NCBI GenBank assembly: GCA_010015805.1 | Contig: ML978125.1 | Span: forward strand, 558,001 to 622,000 | DNA: 64,000 nucleotides | Direction of reading: 5' to 3' | Source of the DNA: Rhizodiscina lignyota | Lineage: Eukaryota | Shown: one piece after another, positions 12,101 to 22,124 of the stretch | Layout of the letters: each line of letters opens with the position of its first letter | Position numbering within the stretch: the stretch's first letter is position 1 | Program-made: the position numbers and the translations under genes | Notes under the pieces: model-generated | Databases searched by the model: none | Seen by the model: only the letters and a program-made list of their open reading frames with translations | Told to the model about the DNA's origin: nothing

Positions 12101-15100
12101 GAATGGCTCGGCTATACCTACCTCTTTGTTCGCATGCTTCGTTCACCCGGACTTTATAGCGTCGGTGCTGATTATGAAGATGACGATGCTTTGGAGCAGA
12201 AACGTGTAGACCTCATTCACTCGGCTGCTTCTGTCTTGGAAAAGTGCAATCTGATCAAATACGACAAACGAACAGGACGGCTGCAATCCACTGAGCTTGG
12301 CAGAATCGCCTCCCACTACTACATCTCCCACAACTCGATGCTGACATACAATTTGCACATTTCGCCTTCGATCACCACCATTGAACTCTTCCGCGTCTTC
12401 TCATTGAGCGAAGAGTTCAAATATATCCCAGTCCGACAAGACGAGAAGTTGGAGCTCGCAAAGCTTCTAGGACGCGTACCTGTACCGGTTAAGGAGAGCA
12501 TCGAAGAACCTCACGCAAAGATCAACGTCCTGCTCCAGGCATACATTTCTCGCCTCAAACTCGACGGCTTGGCTTTGATGGCAGACCTGGTATACGTAAC
12601 TCAATCCGCCGGCAGAATCTTACGCGCGATTTTTGAGATTGCGCTGAAGAAGGGCTGGGCTTCTGTTGCCAAACTTGCCCTCGACTTGTGTAAGATGGCA
12701 GAGAAGAGGATGTGGCCAACAATGTCACCACTTCGCCAATTCCCAAGTTGCCCTCGAGACATCGTGCAAAAGTGCGAGCGTATCGATGTGGCATGGTCGA
12801 GCTATTTTGACCTCGATCCTCCTCGCATGGGCGAACTGCTAGGCATGCCAAAACAAGGCAAAACTGTGTGTGCATTGGTCGAGAAATTCCCAAGACTCTC
12901 CATCGAAGCTCAAGTACTCCCAATGACACGAACAACTCTTCGTGTCGAGCTCACGATCACGCCTAGCTTTGAATGGGACGATTCGATCCACGGCGCTGCA
13001 GAGATGTTTTGGATTATGGTTGAAGACACCGATGGCGAGGAGATCCTCTACCATGACCAGTTCCTTCTCCGGAAGCACTACGCACAAAGCGAGATGAATG
13101 AACATCTTGTCGAGTTCACAGTCCCGATCTCTGAGCCAATGCCGCCCAACTACTTCCTTTCTCTAATTTCGGACAGGTGGATGCACTCTGAGGCCAGGAT
13201 ACCTCTGTCCTTCCGAAAGATCGTTCTGCCAAGCAAATTCCCGGCGTATACTCCGGTACTGGACCTCCAACCTCTTCCTGTCTCTTCTCTGAAGCGACCC
13301 GATTTCCGGGCACTATATGAGGACTTTGATCAATTTAACAAGGTACAAACGCAGGTCTTCAATTCCTTGTTCACGACCAATGACAACGTCTTCGTTGGCG
13401 CTGCTACGGGCATGGGCAAGACGGTGTGCGCCGAATTTGCCATTCTTCATGCATGGTCTAGCAGTGACGCCAAGAAAATTGTCTACATCGCACCATTCCA
13501 AGAACTCGTTGATATTCGACTTAAAGATTGGCAAAAACGACTGGCTCGAGTAGCTGGTGGCAAGAACATTGTGAAACTCACCGAAGATATGAATATAGAC
13601 TTGAAGCTGCTCGGGGAAAACGACCTGATCTTAGCCACTCCAACGCAATGGGATGTGCTATCTCGAAAGTGGCGAACAAGAAGAAACGTTCAAGCGGTAG
13701 AGCTCTTTATTGCGGACGATCTTCACATGCTTGGAGGGCAGGGGGGCTACATCTACGAGGCCATCGTCACACGCATGCAACTTATGGCAAAGCAACTGGA
13801 GTTAAACTTGCGCATTGTGGGCCTGGGCGTGTCCGTGAGCAACCCTCGAGATCTTGGCGAATGGATTGGAGCGACAAGACACAACATCTTCAACTTCAGC
13901 CCTCACATACGCTCAGTCCCGCTCGAATTACACATCCAATCTTTCTCGATCCCGCATTTCCCTTCACTCATGCTGGCAATGGCCAAGCCGACATACCAGG
14001 CTATTTTGCAGCACTCTCCTGACAAACCCGCAATGGTCTTCGTTCCAAACAGAAAGCAAGTCCGTGCAACGGCTGCAGATCTTCTGGCTGCTTGTGTCGC
14101 GGACGATGATGAGGATCGCTTCTTGAACGCGCCAGTTGACGATATTTCTGCCATTCTGGAGAAGATTGGTGAACGTTCGCTTGCAGAGTCGCTCTCTCAC
14201 GGCATCGGCTATTTCCATGAAGGCTTGAGCAGCTTTGACAAGCGCGCAGTCGAGCATCTCTTCAAGGTTGGCGCCATCCAGGTTATGCTCGTGTCACGGG
14301 ACTGCTGCTGGCAGATCGATAGTACAGCATACCTAGTCATTGTCATGGGTACACAGTTCTTCGACGGTCGCGAGCATCGATACATTGATTATCCTATCAG
14401 CGAAATGTTGCAGATGTTCGGTAAAGCTGGCAGAGTTGGAGAAGACAAGACCTGCAAAGCTGTCCTCATGGTTCCGGCCGTCAAGCGCGACTACTACCAG
14501 AAGTTCTTGAAGGAAGCCTTGCCCATGGAAAGCCAGCTGCAATCGTTCTTGCACGATGCCTTTGTTACAGAGATCAGTTCGAAACAGATTGAATCCATGC
14601 AGGAAGCTATGGACTGGGTCACTTACACTTACTTCTACCGACGAGTACTAGCGAACCCGAGTTACTACATGTTCCCAGATGCCTCGCATGAAGGTCTCAG
14701 CACGCACCTCTCGGAGATAGTCGAGTCAACCTTGACCGATTTGGCGGAAGCAAAAATAATTGAGCAGGACGAAGAGGAAGACGCCGTACTGCCTACGAAT
14801 CCAGGCATGGTTGCGTCTTACTACAACATCAGCTTCGTCACGATGCAGACGTTTCTCCTCTCTCTGAACGACAAAACAAGGCTGAGGGCCTTCCTGGAGA
14901 TTGTCACATCTGCTGCCGAGTTCGAGAGCCTCCCAATACGACGACACGAAGATCATGTTCTCCGACGGGTATACGATCGTCTGCCGATCAAGATGTCTTC
15001 CGATCCCGTCTTCGAGTCTCCGCATTTCAAGGCCTTTGTGCTTCTGCAAGCGCATTTCTCAAGGATGCAGCTACCGGTGGATCTGGCCAAGGACCAAGAG

Positions 15101-15829
15101 ATCGTTCTGAAAAAGATCTTGAATCTACTGGGCGCATGCGTCGACGTCCTCTCTTCTGAAGGTCACCTCAACGTTATGAAGGTGATGGAGATGTCGCAAA
15201 TGGTCGTACAAGCCATGTGGGATACCGAGAGTCCCCTCAAGCAGATACCGCACTTCGACGATCAGCTGGTCAGGATTGCGAGAAAGGCCGGAATCCATGA
15301 CGTTCTCGAATTCATGGAGGCCATGGACCCCGATGAGAATCCCGACAAAGACAAGCTCGTCGAGAAACTTGGCCTGAACGACGCGCAACTCCGAGATGGC
15401 GCGAGGTTCATTAACAAGTACTACCCGAGCGTCGAGTTGGCTATGGAAGTCGAAGAGCCCGACAACGTCGTCACTGGCATTCCAAATATACTCAACGTGA
15501 CCATCGAGCGGAACCTGGATGAGGACGAAGAGCTAGTGACTGAAGTGCATGCGCCGTTCTTCCCGGCTGAGAAGACGGAAGGCTGGTGGCTTGTTGTGGG
15601 AGATGAAGAGACGCATACATTGTACGCAATCAAGAAGGTCACTGTGGGCAGGACTACAAAGGTGAAGCTTGAATATACGTTGCACAGGCCTGGCGAGCAT
15701 GAGTTGACGCTTTATTTCGTGAGCGATTGCTATTTCGGGCTTGATCAGGCACCGACATTCAAGGTTACTGCGGCGGAGGCTATGGAGCAGGATGAGGGTG
15801 AGGAAGAAGAAGAAAGCGATGAGGAGTAG
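9149..15829 (+). CDS. BRR2: U5 snRNP DExH-box RNA helicase Brr2 (SNRNP200 orthologue), intronless, 2226 aa
   Basis: N-terminus YSAMSNLVLQADRRF. Cassette 1 has APTGSGKT, DEIHLL, GLSAT and QMLGRAGRPQYD. A second degenerate helicase cassette and two Sec63 units follow. Confidence 0.98.
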   Translation: MADGKKENNLAQFKYSAMSNLVLQADRRFITRRGDENTGDPESLAGRINIRDMGSRITRDEAPVQKKKPKGPSDIERGSIREGEDVLEREQKKRKRGEPAQLRGAGILSNQDLLIEDLRYRPRTPATRATYDLITTIVGRNLGDVPNHVTRSAADAVLEFLKDESLKDFDKKKEVDEILGTTLGSKEFNELVNLGKKITDYDAQDEDENMEDGDGADGADLDERQGVAVVFDEEDEDEEGAGQTYEVRDEDDTSDEEAEGGGEDGEPTDAAAEAGAEEDGVDKDEEMVIDGMGTAESSKESAEKYIPAHEIDAYWLQRQIGQIYDDPHTQQEKTREALQILSGVGEDGENKPLREIENDLMELFDYEQHELVSKLVLNRDKVVWVTRWRQAAEDRDARKAIEGEMITEGHRNILTELRSREDPSTIEDSAGPKKMKLDLMDIDMSSRANGNGQPADGARDGGLVGGLQPKRLINLENLVFDQGNHLMTNPNVKLPQGSIKRTFKGYEEIHVPAPKSKRGPNEQPDMPTSALPEWARIGFGSSAKLNRIQTRCYPSAFGDDGNMLICAPTGSGKTNVAMLTMLREIGKHRNPETGEIALDDFKIIYIAPLKALVQEQVGNFGKRLKPYGITVSELTGDRQLTKQQIADTQIIVTTPEKWDVITRKATDTSYTNLVRLICIDEIHLLHDDRGPVLESIVSRTIRRMEQTGDPVRLIGLSATLPNYRDVASFLRVDPIKGLFHFDGSFRPCPLKQEFIGVTDKKAIKQLKTMNDVCYTKVLEQVGQNRNQMLIFVHSRKETAKTAKYIRDKALELETIGQILRSDAASREILRQEAETVTNTDLKDLMPYGFGIHHAGMSRADRTSVEDLFADGQLQVLVCTATLAWGVNLPAHTVIIKGTQIYSPEKGSWVELSPQDVLQMLGRAGRPQYDTFGEGIIITTQTEMQYYLSLLNQQLPIESQFMSKLADNLNAEIVLGSIRNRDEGVEWLGYTYLFVRMLRSPGLYSVGADYEDDDALEQKRVDLIHSAASVLEKCNLIKYDKRTGRLQSTELGRIASHYYISHNSMLTYNLHISPSITTIELFRVFSLSEEFKYIPVRQDEKLELAKLLGRVPVPVKESIEEPHAKINVLLQAYISRLKLDGLALMADLVYVTQSAGRILRAIFEIALKKGWASVAKLALDLCKMAEKRMWPTMSPLRQFPSCPRDIVQKCERIDVAWSSYFDLDPPRMGELLGMPKQGKTVCALVEKFPRLSIEAQVLPMTRTTLRVELTITPSFEWDDSIHGAAEMFWIMVEDTDGEEILYHDQFLLRKHYAQSEMNEHLVEFTVPISEPMPPNYFLSLISDRWMHSEARIPLSFRKIVLPSKFPAYTPVLDLQPLPVSSLKRPDFRALYEDFDQFNKVQTQVFNSLFTTNDNVFVGAATGMGKTVCAEFAILHAWSSSDAKKIVYIAPFQELVDIRLKDWQKRLARVAGGKNIVKLTEDMNIDLKLLGENDLILATPTQWDVLSRKWRTRRNVQAVELFIADDLHMLGGQGGYIYEAIVTRMQLMAKQLELNLRIVGLGVSVSNPRDLGEWIGATRHNIFNFSPHIRSVPLELHIQSFSIPHFPSLMLAMAKPTYQAILQHSPDKPAMVFVPNRKQVRATAADLLAACVADDDEDRFLNAPVDDISAILEKIGERSLAESLSHGIGYFHEGLSSFDKRAVEHLFKVGAIQVMLVSRDCCWQIDSTAYLVIVMGTQFFDGREHRYIDYPISEMLQMFGKAGRVGEDKTCKAVLMVPAVKRDYYQKFLKEALPMESQLQSFLHDAFVTEISSKQIESMQEAMDWVTYTYFYRRVLANPSYYMFPDASHEGLSTHLSEIVESTLTDLAEAKIIEQDEEEDAVLPTNPGMVASYYNISFVTMQTFLLSLNDKTRLRAFLEIVTSAAEFESLPIRRHEDHVLRRVYDRLPIKMSSDPVFESPHFKAFVLLQAHFSRMQLPVDLAKDQEIVLKKILNLLGACVDVLSSEGHLNVMKVMEMSQMVVQAMWDTESPLKQIPHFDDQLVRIARKAGIHDVLEFMEAMDPDENPDKDKLVEKLGLNDAQLRDGARFINKYYPSVELAMEVEEPDNVVTGIPNILNVTIERNLDEDEELVTEVHAPFFPAEKTEGWWLVVGDEETHTLYAIKKVTVGRTTKVKLEYTLHRPGEHELTLYFVSDCYFGLDQAPTFKVTAAEAMEQDEGEEEEESDEE

Positions 15830-16013
15830 ATCGCAACTGGAATGGAGAGGGAGAGAATATATCCACGTTTGCACGAGGAACGGCGCAAAAGTTCACTTCT
15901 GAAGATAAATGGGTATATTCGTGCTTGATACTGTACTCTAGGCCTCGCGACGCTTGATCGCGAGCAAATGCCCAAATATGATGCTTCACACTTGCAATCA
16001 ACTCCTGATGCAC

Positions 16014-16787
16014 TTAGTGACATGCCACTGTCTTCGCCGCAGATCCGCCCCCAAATGCTAGATATCCGATGAACGCACCAACCGCAACCGCGAGCATAAC
16101 CCAGCCGTTGTATGTCATAAACAGGAGCCTGTTCCCGCATCAGTTGCCACCTCTAACACCGGATTGTGGTAACTTACATGATGAAGAACGAGTAGAAGAC
16201 CTGCACGGCATACAGCACCGCCTTGATGATCTTGCTCCGTTGCTCCACTTCCGTTGCACTCCTCCCTGGCCATAGTAATGAGCTCGATTCGCCATCTGGA
16301 TCTCCTTTGGAGAGTAATTGACTCAGCATGCGTGACTTGTGCATAAAACCAATACATGTGAAATCCCAAGCGCCTGGCACCCCTCTGCACAGTTGTTCTA
16401 GGACCCATTCCCTCGGTGGCCTCCTAACGGCCCTCCGCACCCTCCTGAAAGAAATTGTTTGTGAGACTTACTCGGCAATGTCTCGATCCTCCGCGCCGTC
16501 GACGCTTCGTATCGTCTTGAGATCTCGCGGACGAGCTCGTACCCTGCGGTGAGGAGGATGACGCCGATGAGGGCACCGATAAGGGAGCCGGTGCCGGAGA
16601 CGTGCCAGCTGCGGAAGACGATACAGAGGTCTTGCGTGTCCCAGGTGAAGAGCATCTACAGAAAGACTAGCTGTTAGCCTCCAGAAGGAGCGGAGGGGCC
16701 AGAGGGGACCTATCGTACATTCATGTTGCACCGGTGACCCATGTTGCCGTGGTCCATGCCGCCATGATCCATATCGCCGTGATCCAT
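16014..16787 (-). CDS. Ctr-family copper transporter (Ctr2-like), 4 exons
   Basis: Met/His-rich N-terminus MDHGDMDHGGMDHGNMGHRCNMN|MLFTW. TM2 carries the MxxxM motif (FFIM|LLFMTYNGWV), TM3 has GxxxG, and the protein ends ...KTVACH*. Confidence 0.92.
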
Positions 16788-17084
16788 TGCGTGTGAGAGT
16801 GAAGCGAGTGTAAGGTCAGGGCAATTCTGTGCAAAGAAAGGTGTGAGAGACTGAAGGAGTGAACGGTATCTTATGGTTGTCGTGGGGGTCTCTGGTGATA
16901 CACTTTGAGTCGCGTGTCCCTCAGCCAATCAGAGGAAAGCAGCAGGGGTTATCAACGCGTTGATATGAGCAAGTATGATCACGCAGGACAAAGACTTTAC
17001 AAATAATGCAAGATGCTGAAGGCATGGTTTTCATTGTATTAAAGCTATGTACGAAGGACAAGTGCGATGCTTTTCCGTAACCTA

Positions 17085-18334
17085 TTAGCTGTGGAGCGCT
17101 GAATATCCCGCCATTGCCAAGCTGCGAGCGCCAGTAGCATCAGATGAGCCAGACCAATAGAAAAGACCCGCTAATCCATTCTCCCTCACGTACTTCGCCT
17201 TCATTAGCACCGTCTCTGGATTGTCGTATGACACGAACCCTCCGTCTCCTCCAACGCAGTATGCTGCCACGGCCTTACTATCCACTTGCTCTTTCGTGCC
17301 GGGGCGTGGAAGGTCTTTGTAATCAAATGTTCCTTCATTTCCACCACTACCTGTGTACTTATCTCCAGCTTTCGTTGCGCCGAGAAATGACCGACCGTAG
17401 ATTGGAACACCGAGAAGCAGCTTGTTTGCCGCAACACCTTTTGAACGGAAGTAGGTGACGGCTGTCTGGCACGACAGGCCCTGCGTAGGGTCATTGAGGT
17501 GTGCAGGATCGTAGAGCTGAGACTGATAACCAGCCGTTGGAGTCCATGAACCGGAGAAGTCGTAAGTCATGATGTTCATTAGGTCCAGACTCTGTGCTGC
17601 CGCTGCCAGGTTGATGTTCTGGAGCGCCCAAGCGCCGTTTGAGAACGCCGCAGACATGATGTAGAGTTTTGCAGGGAGTACGCTTCGCAGAGCTTGTAAG
17701 AGTAACACGAAGTTGGCACCCTCTTGTGGAGTGGAGGGATACTCCCAGTCAACTAGAGGAATTTAGTACAATATTGAAAATGCGCCCATGTGGTGTGAAC
17801 TCACGATCAATGCCGTTGAACTTGTGACTATCAATGAGGTGCTTAGCTGTGTTCACAAAAGTCTGCCTCGATGCTGGTGTGCTTGCAGCTGCAGCGAAGT
17901 TTGCGCTTCCAGAGCCTCCTCCAAAGGAGAGGATGATTTTCAGGTGGAAATGCTTTGAATCGCGAAGATTGGTGAGTGTGGAAAGGCAAGTTTTGTTAGC
18001 TGGGACTGCTTTGCCATTGGCATCGAGTTCTGGGTCGAGCTGGACAGTACCGTTCGAATTGACACTTCAATCGGTCAGAGACACCCATCACGCGTTGAAG
18101 AGCATTTTGGACTTACATTGCGAAGGCGTAGAAGACGTGAGAGATGACATCACAATTGACATTGGTAGGAAATTGGCCGTTGCAGTTTGGATAGAAGAGA
18201 TACATGCCATTAGCGAACATTGAGATTGGCTTCAAAGCTGGCTGTGCTGCAGCTTTCTTGCCCCCATGGAGAAGACTTTGGAAGCCATGGAGGAGCGCAC
18301 TTGGACGGTGGGGTCCGTAAGGTACGCCTGTCAT
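17085..18334 (-). CDS. GH18 chitinase (no obvious signal peptide), 3 exons
   Basis: Motifs SHVFYAFA, KIILSFGGG, the spliced catalytic motif FNGID|LDWEYP, IMTYDFSG, LLGVPIYGRSF, FVSYDNPETV and GLAGLFYW. The start Met is uncertain (18334 or about 18220). Confidence 0.9.
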
Positions 18335-19229
18335 AGGATTGTGCTATATGAATTTTGGCTTGCTGAAATTTGGAATTGTGCTTTTGTATAGCCTTGATCT
18401 TGAGAGTCGCTTAGGAGAAGAGGAACTGACAAATGGAATCAAGGAGAAAAACGGTTCGAAACGAGGAGAAGAGAGGAATTACCAAGTTCTGAAAGGGAAA
18501 TGACTTCAACGAGTGGAATGTGGAAAGAAGGAGATGGCTGTGTCTGTATCATGAGACTTCGGGTAACCCGATGGGAGCTTCCTGATATATGGCCCTCCTT
18601 CAAGCCTGCCTTCCGTCCCGCTCATCGGTTGGGCCGGGCAGTCAAGCGAGAGGAGCTGGGTTCGACATGCCCTTTGGGTGCAGAACAACACGATAAGTGG
18701 AAGACGGCGGAGTGATGATCAGAGGGGAGGTGCTGTCGGTTAGTTCCGTATGAATGCGCCTTCGATGGCGATCGCTGGATGATATGCAGGCCGAGCATGA
18801 TTTGGTAGGCCTTGACTCGCTCGTGCATGTCGTTTCCCCTCCTTGGGGTCCAAAACACGTGCATAATGAGAGATATATTCGATGGCTGAGACATCCTGAC
18901 ACCCTGACTTTGTCGCTCGACGCCAGGCGTGGAAGGGATCAGAGCACAACCCTAACCCTGGCTGCCCGTGACCAAAACGGTGTTATGTAGCGTGACGGAG
19001 CTTCCATCGGAATCTTCTCGCAGCATCTGCGACGCATCTCTGAAATCAAAAGGCACACATTCAACCTTCCAAGCCCTGCATCCGATAAGCTACACACGCC
19101 CGACATTTCAGAGATCGGCAACGCGCAGCAGTTCTGCCCCCCGCCAAGCTTCATCTTGACTCGAATCGCAACTCAAATCGCGACTCAAAAGTGAGGCGCG
19201 AGGGATCGAGGTCGATCGGGAACGGCGCC

Positions 19230-20039
19230 ATGGCTGCAGAGCTTCAGAATCCCACTCCAGTACCGGAGGCGCCCCGAGAAACGCCAGCTTCTGGCTACAG
19301 TTTCAGTTTCGATGAATTCCTGAAGAGAGAGTACCGATATGGCTTGGATCCAAACCGCCCAGTCTGCAAAGCATACCTTCAAGGCCATTGTCCGTTGGGC
19401 AATTCTTGTCCAGACAAGCACAATGCGGCGGGCAATACGTTCCAAAGGTCCGATTACTATCAGTCCCGTTACAAGATGAAGAGTGACTTACATCCCTCTA
19501 GTACCTTGGTATGCAAGCATTGGCTGAGAGGCCTGTGCAAGAAAGGCGAAGCCTGCGAGTTTCTCCACGAATACAATCTACGACGAATGCCAGAATGCAA
19601 CTACTGGTCACGATTCGGCACATGTTCAAACGGCGACGACTGCCTCTACCTTCACCCAGATCCAGAGTCGAAGCGCGCTCCGTGCCCACACTACGAGCGC
19701 GGCTTCTGCCCTCTCGGCCCACATTGCGCGAACAGACACGTCAAGAGGGACAACATCTGCCCGTTCTACATGGCTGGCTTCTGTCCGGATGGCAAGGCGT
19801 GCAAGGCTGGCGCGCATCCTCGATTCCCAGAGGACCTGAAAAAGCCGGAGGTCAAGATCATCAAGTCCAAGGAGCAGTTGGAGCAAGAGCGGCTGGAGAA
19901 GGAGGCAGCGAGAGAACGAGAGGAGGAGCAAGAGCGCGAGAGAGGCGACAGCATGGGAGGACAGCAGAGATTCGGAAAGGGTGGCTGGCAGAAGCAGAGA
20001 GGCGGTCGACAGAAGAGACAGCGGAGAGGTAACTTCTAA
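19230..20039 (+). CDS. YTH1: mRNA 3'-end processing CCCH zinc-finger protein Yth1/CPSF30
   Basis: Five CCCH fingers, including VCKHWLRGLCKKGEACEFLHEYNLRRMPEC. There is a possible in-frame intron at 19448-19501. Confidence 0.95.
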   Translation: MAAELQNPTPVPEAPRETPASGYSFSFDEFLKREYRYGLDPNRPVCKAYLQGHCPLGNSCPDKHNAAGNTFQRSDYYQSRYKMKSDLHPSSTLVCKHWLRGLCKKGEACEFLHEYNLRRMPECNYWSRFGTCSNGDDCLYLHPDPESKRAPCPHYERGFCPLGPHCANRHVKRDNICPFYMAGFCPDGKACKAGAHPRFPEDLKKPEVKIIKSKEQLEQERLEKEAAREREEEQERERGDSMGGQQRFGKGGWQKQRGGRQKRQRRGNF

Positions 20040-22124
20040 AGGCACTTGCATTTTTGGTGATAATACATTCTTCAGCAGGGCGTCGGTTCGGTATACCCAA
20101 AGAGCGCGTTAAGACCTCCAACGATCTCACGTCATAACAGTTTCGATTCGTCAGTGCCCTTTTGCAGGCATACATTACAAGATTTCGGGAGAGGAGTTTA
20201 AAAGTCCGGGATTATGTATAACGGGAATGCATTTGAGGACGAGCCGAACGAAGATGGAAACAATTTGCGGACTGCCGATTGTGCTTTCCACCAACAACAA
20301 AGTTTGTGCTCCAACATTGAGCAATGTTTCGAGACCCAGCGAGGGTGAAGACGACGGGATGCGGTATCCGCTAAACAGCTCAAAATGCATGTGGTCAGGG
20401 TGTCAACATTTGCTTTCTTCGAGCGCCTTTCTTTCATATGTCGTCCATGACAACGATTGTACTATACCGCTCAGATTAGCTACAGTTGCGCAACGGCTCG
20501 CCTAGACCTGTGGTTCCCCGCTTCAACGATGTGAGCAAACCCGGGACCTAGCGTCGAGCCGTTTCGCGCCTGTAATATAAAATGCAAGGCAAAGTCAGCC
20601 AAAGCTGAGCATCACCAAGGAAGTTTTCATCATTGTCCGAAGACTCAGAGTGCACACGTACGTCGTCCCCCGAAGGGAACGACTGGATCACTTGCTATCT
20701 AGAACAAAGACCGATGATGAGACCCTCGACGCTGGCAAGCACCTGGCATCTGGGGCTGATCGATGAATGCTTTGAAGAATGCGAAGCACCCTATCACCAA
20801 GCGATGAGGCTGCCTTTGAACAATGGAGGCTGGATCAGCCGGTCGATGAAATCTAACAAGGCATCAGGGGTATAGGACATGATGGAGCAAATATCGAATG
20901 GTTATTGACGTATCACCGCATATTGCGAGCAGACACACGAAAGAGGGCAGGTTTTAGGATGAACAACGAACGGGGAGTGAGCATCATGCTGTATTTAAGC
21001 AGACTCATGAGCAGCAATGAATCAAATTCGTTGAATGGGCAACGAGCTCTTGGGAATTAGAAGGATTGGTTCAAGTCTACCGTTGATCATGTCCGCGAAG
21101 GAGTCGTGATTGCTATCATTTCGACCCCGCCGCGTACAACAGTTTGATAAAAGAAGCAAGAGAGATATTGCTAGTGGTGAAGGAGCTCTTCATATTGCCA
21201 TACCCTTTAACAAGGCCACATAAGTGCTCTGTAGAGGTGTGCAGTACAGAGCTGCAGTGCAATCTATCTCATCACATGGAAACGACTGAGCTAGAAAAGC
21301 AAACGTTGAGATGAGGCTGAAGTCTTTGGGAAAGGGTGTACTATTGAGGAGGTTGATTAAAAATCGCTGCGGTGTAATGAGACATGCAAGGAAATTCACT
21401 AGAGAATGTAGTGTCGTCTCAATGTGAAGATGTTGTGATTACGAGGCGTCATCTCAGCTGGAATGTACGAGCGCCATGAAGAAGAAACCATGAAGATCGC
21501 AGCTTTTAATCTCTCGTAGGTCAAACGGATGCTCGAACTGCTCCTCAATGACTAGGTAATTACAAGTTTGGTCTCCGTTCAATGGCCTGTCATCTATCAA
21601 TGGCTGTAATCGATATGGACGGAGTTGGCATCTAAGTAGCTTATTACAAGCGCCATAAGTAATTGCGCCATCACCTCAGCGAGTGATGATCACGGGCAGC
21701 CGCTTATCGTTGCATTGCATAGAATTTTCGTGGAGATACCAAAGACAGTAATATTCCATGCTCTTCTGCCTCTAGTCGCATACCGCCAGCCGCCGCTGTA
21801 GAAGAAATTGTGCCGTGTATCCATCAGGGCGACAACGGAGCGATGCCGTTTGTCGCTGCGCCTCCCCGCAAAAAAGCCTTTGTAATCGCGCCAAAAGCCG
21901 GCGGCGCAGGTGGCGCTCGCGTCATGGGGACGTGCAGAGCTGACTTTTAACGTCTTCCTTCCCGCCGCACCAGCTTAAGAGCGCCTTTCGTCATTCTCGA
22001 CACGCTGAGAATGGTTGATACAACTTGATACTTGCGAGTTGTCGCTATAAGCAATTAATCCAGTGCCCTCGTCGTATTCCTTCATAGACATTGGGGCGCT
22101 TTGCGCGCTTATCAATTCGCCATC

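Noticed and set aside
13380..13740. Degenerate helicase motifs in the second Brr2 cassette (ATGMGKT, DDLH)
   Set aside because: An inactive C-terminal cassette is a normal, known feature of Brr2.
16398..16471. Alternative TTTCAG acceptor inside Ctr intron 2
   Set aside because: It would define a 27-nt intron, which is too short, and leads to a stop.
18940..18965. Telomerase RNA template candidate
   Set aside because: It lies in a promoter gap of under 1 kb, too small for a typical Pezizomycotina TER, and I saw no pseudoknot.
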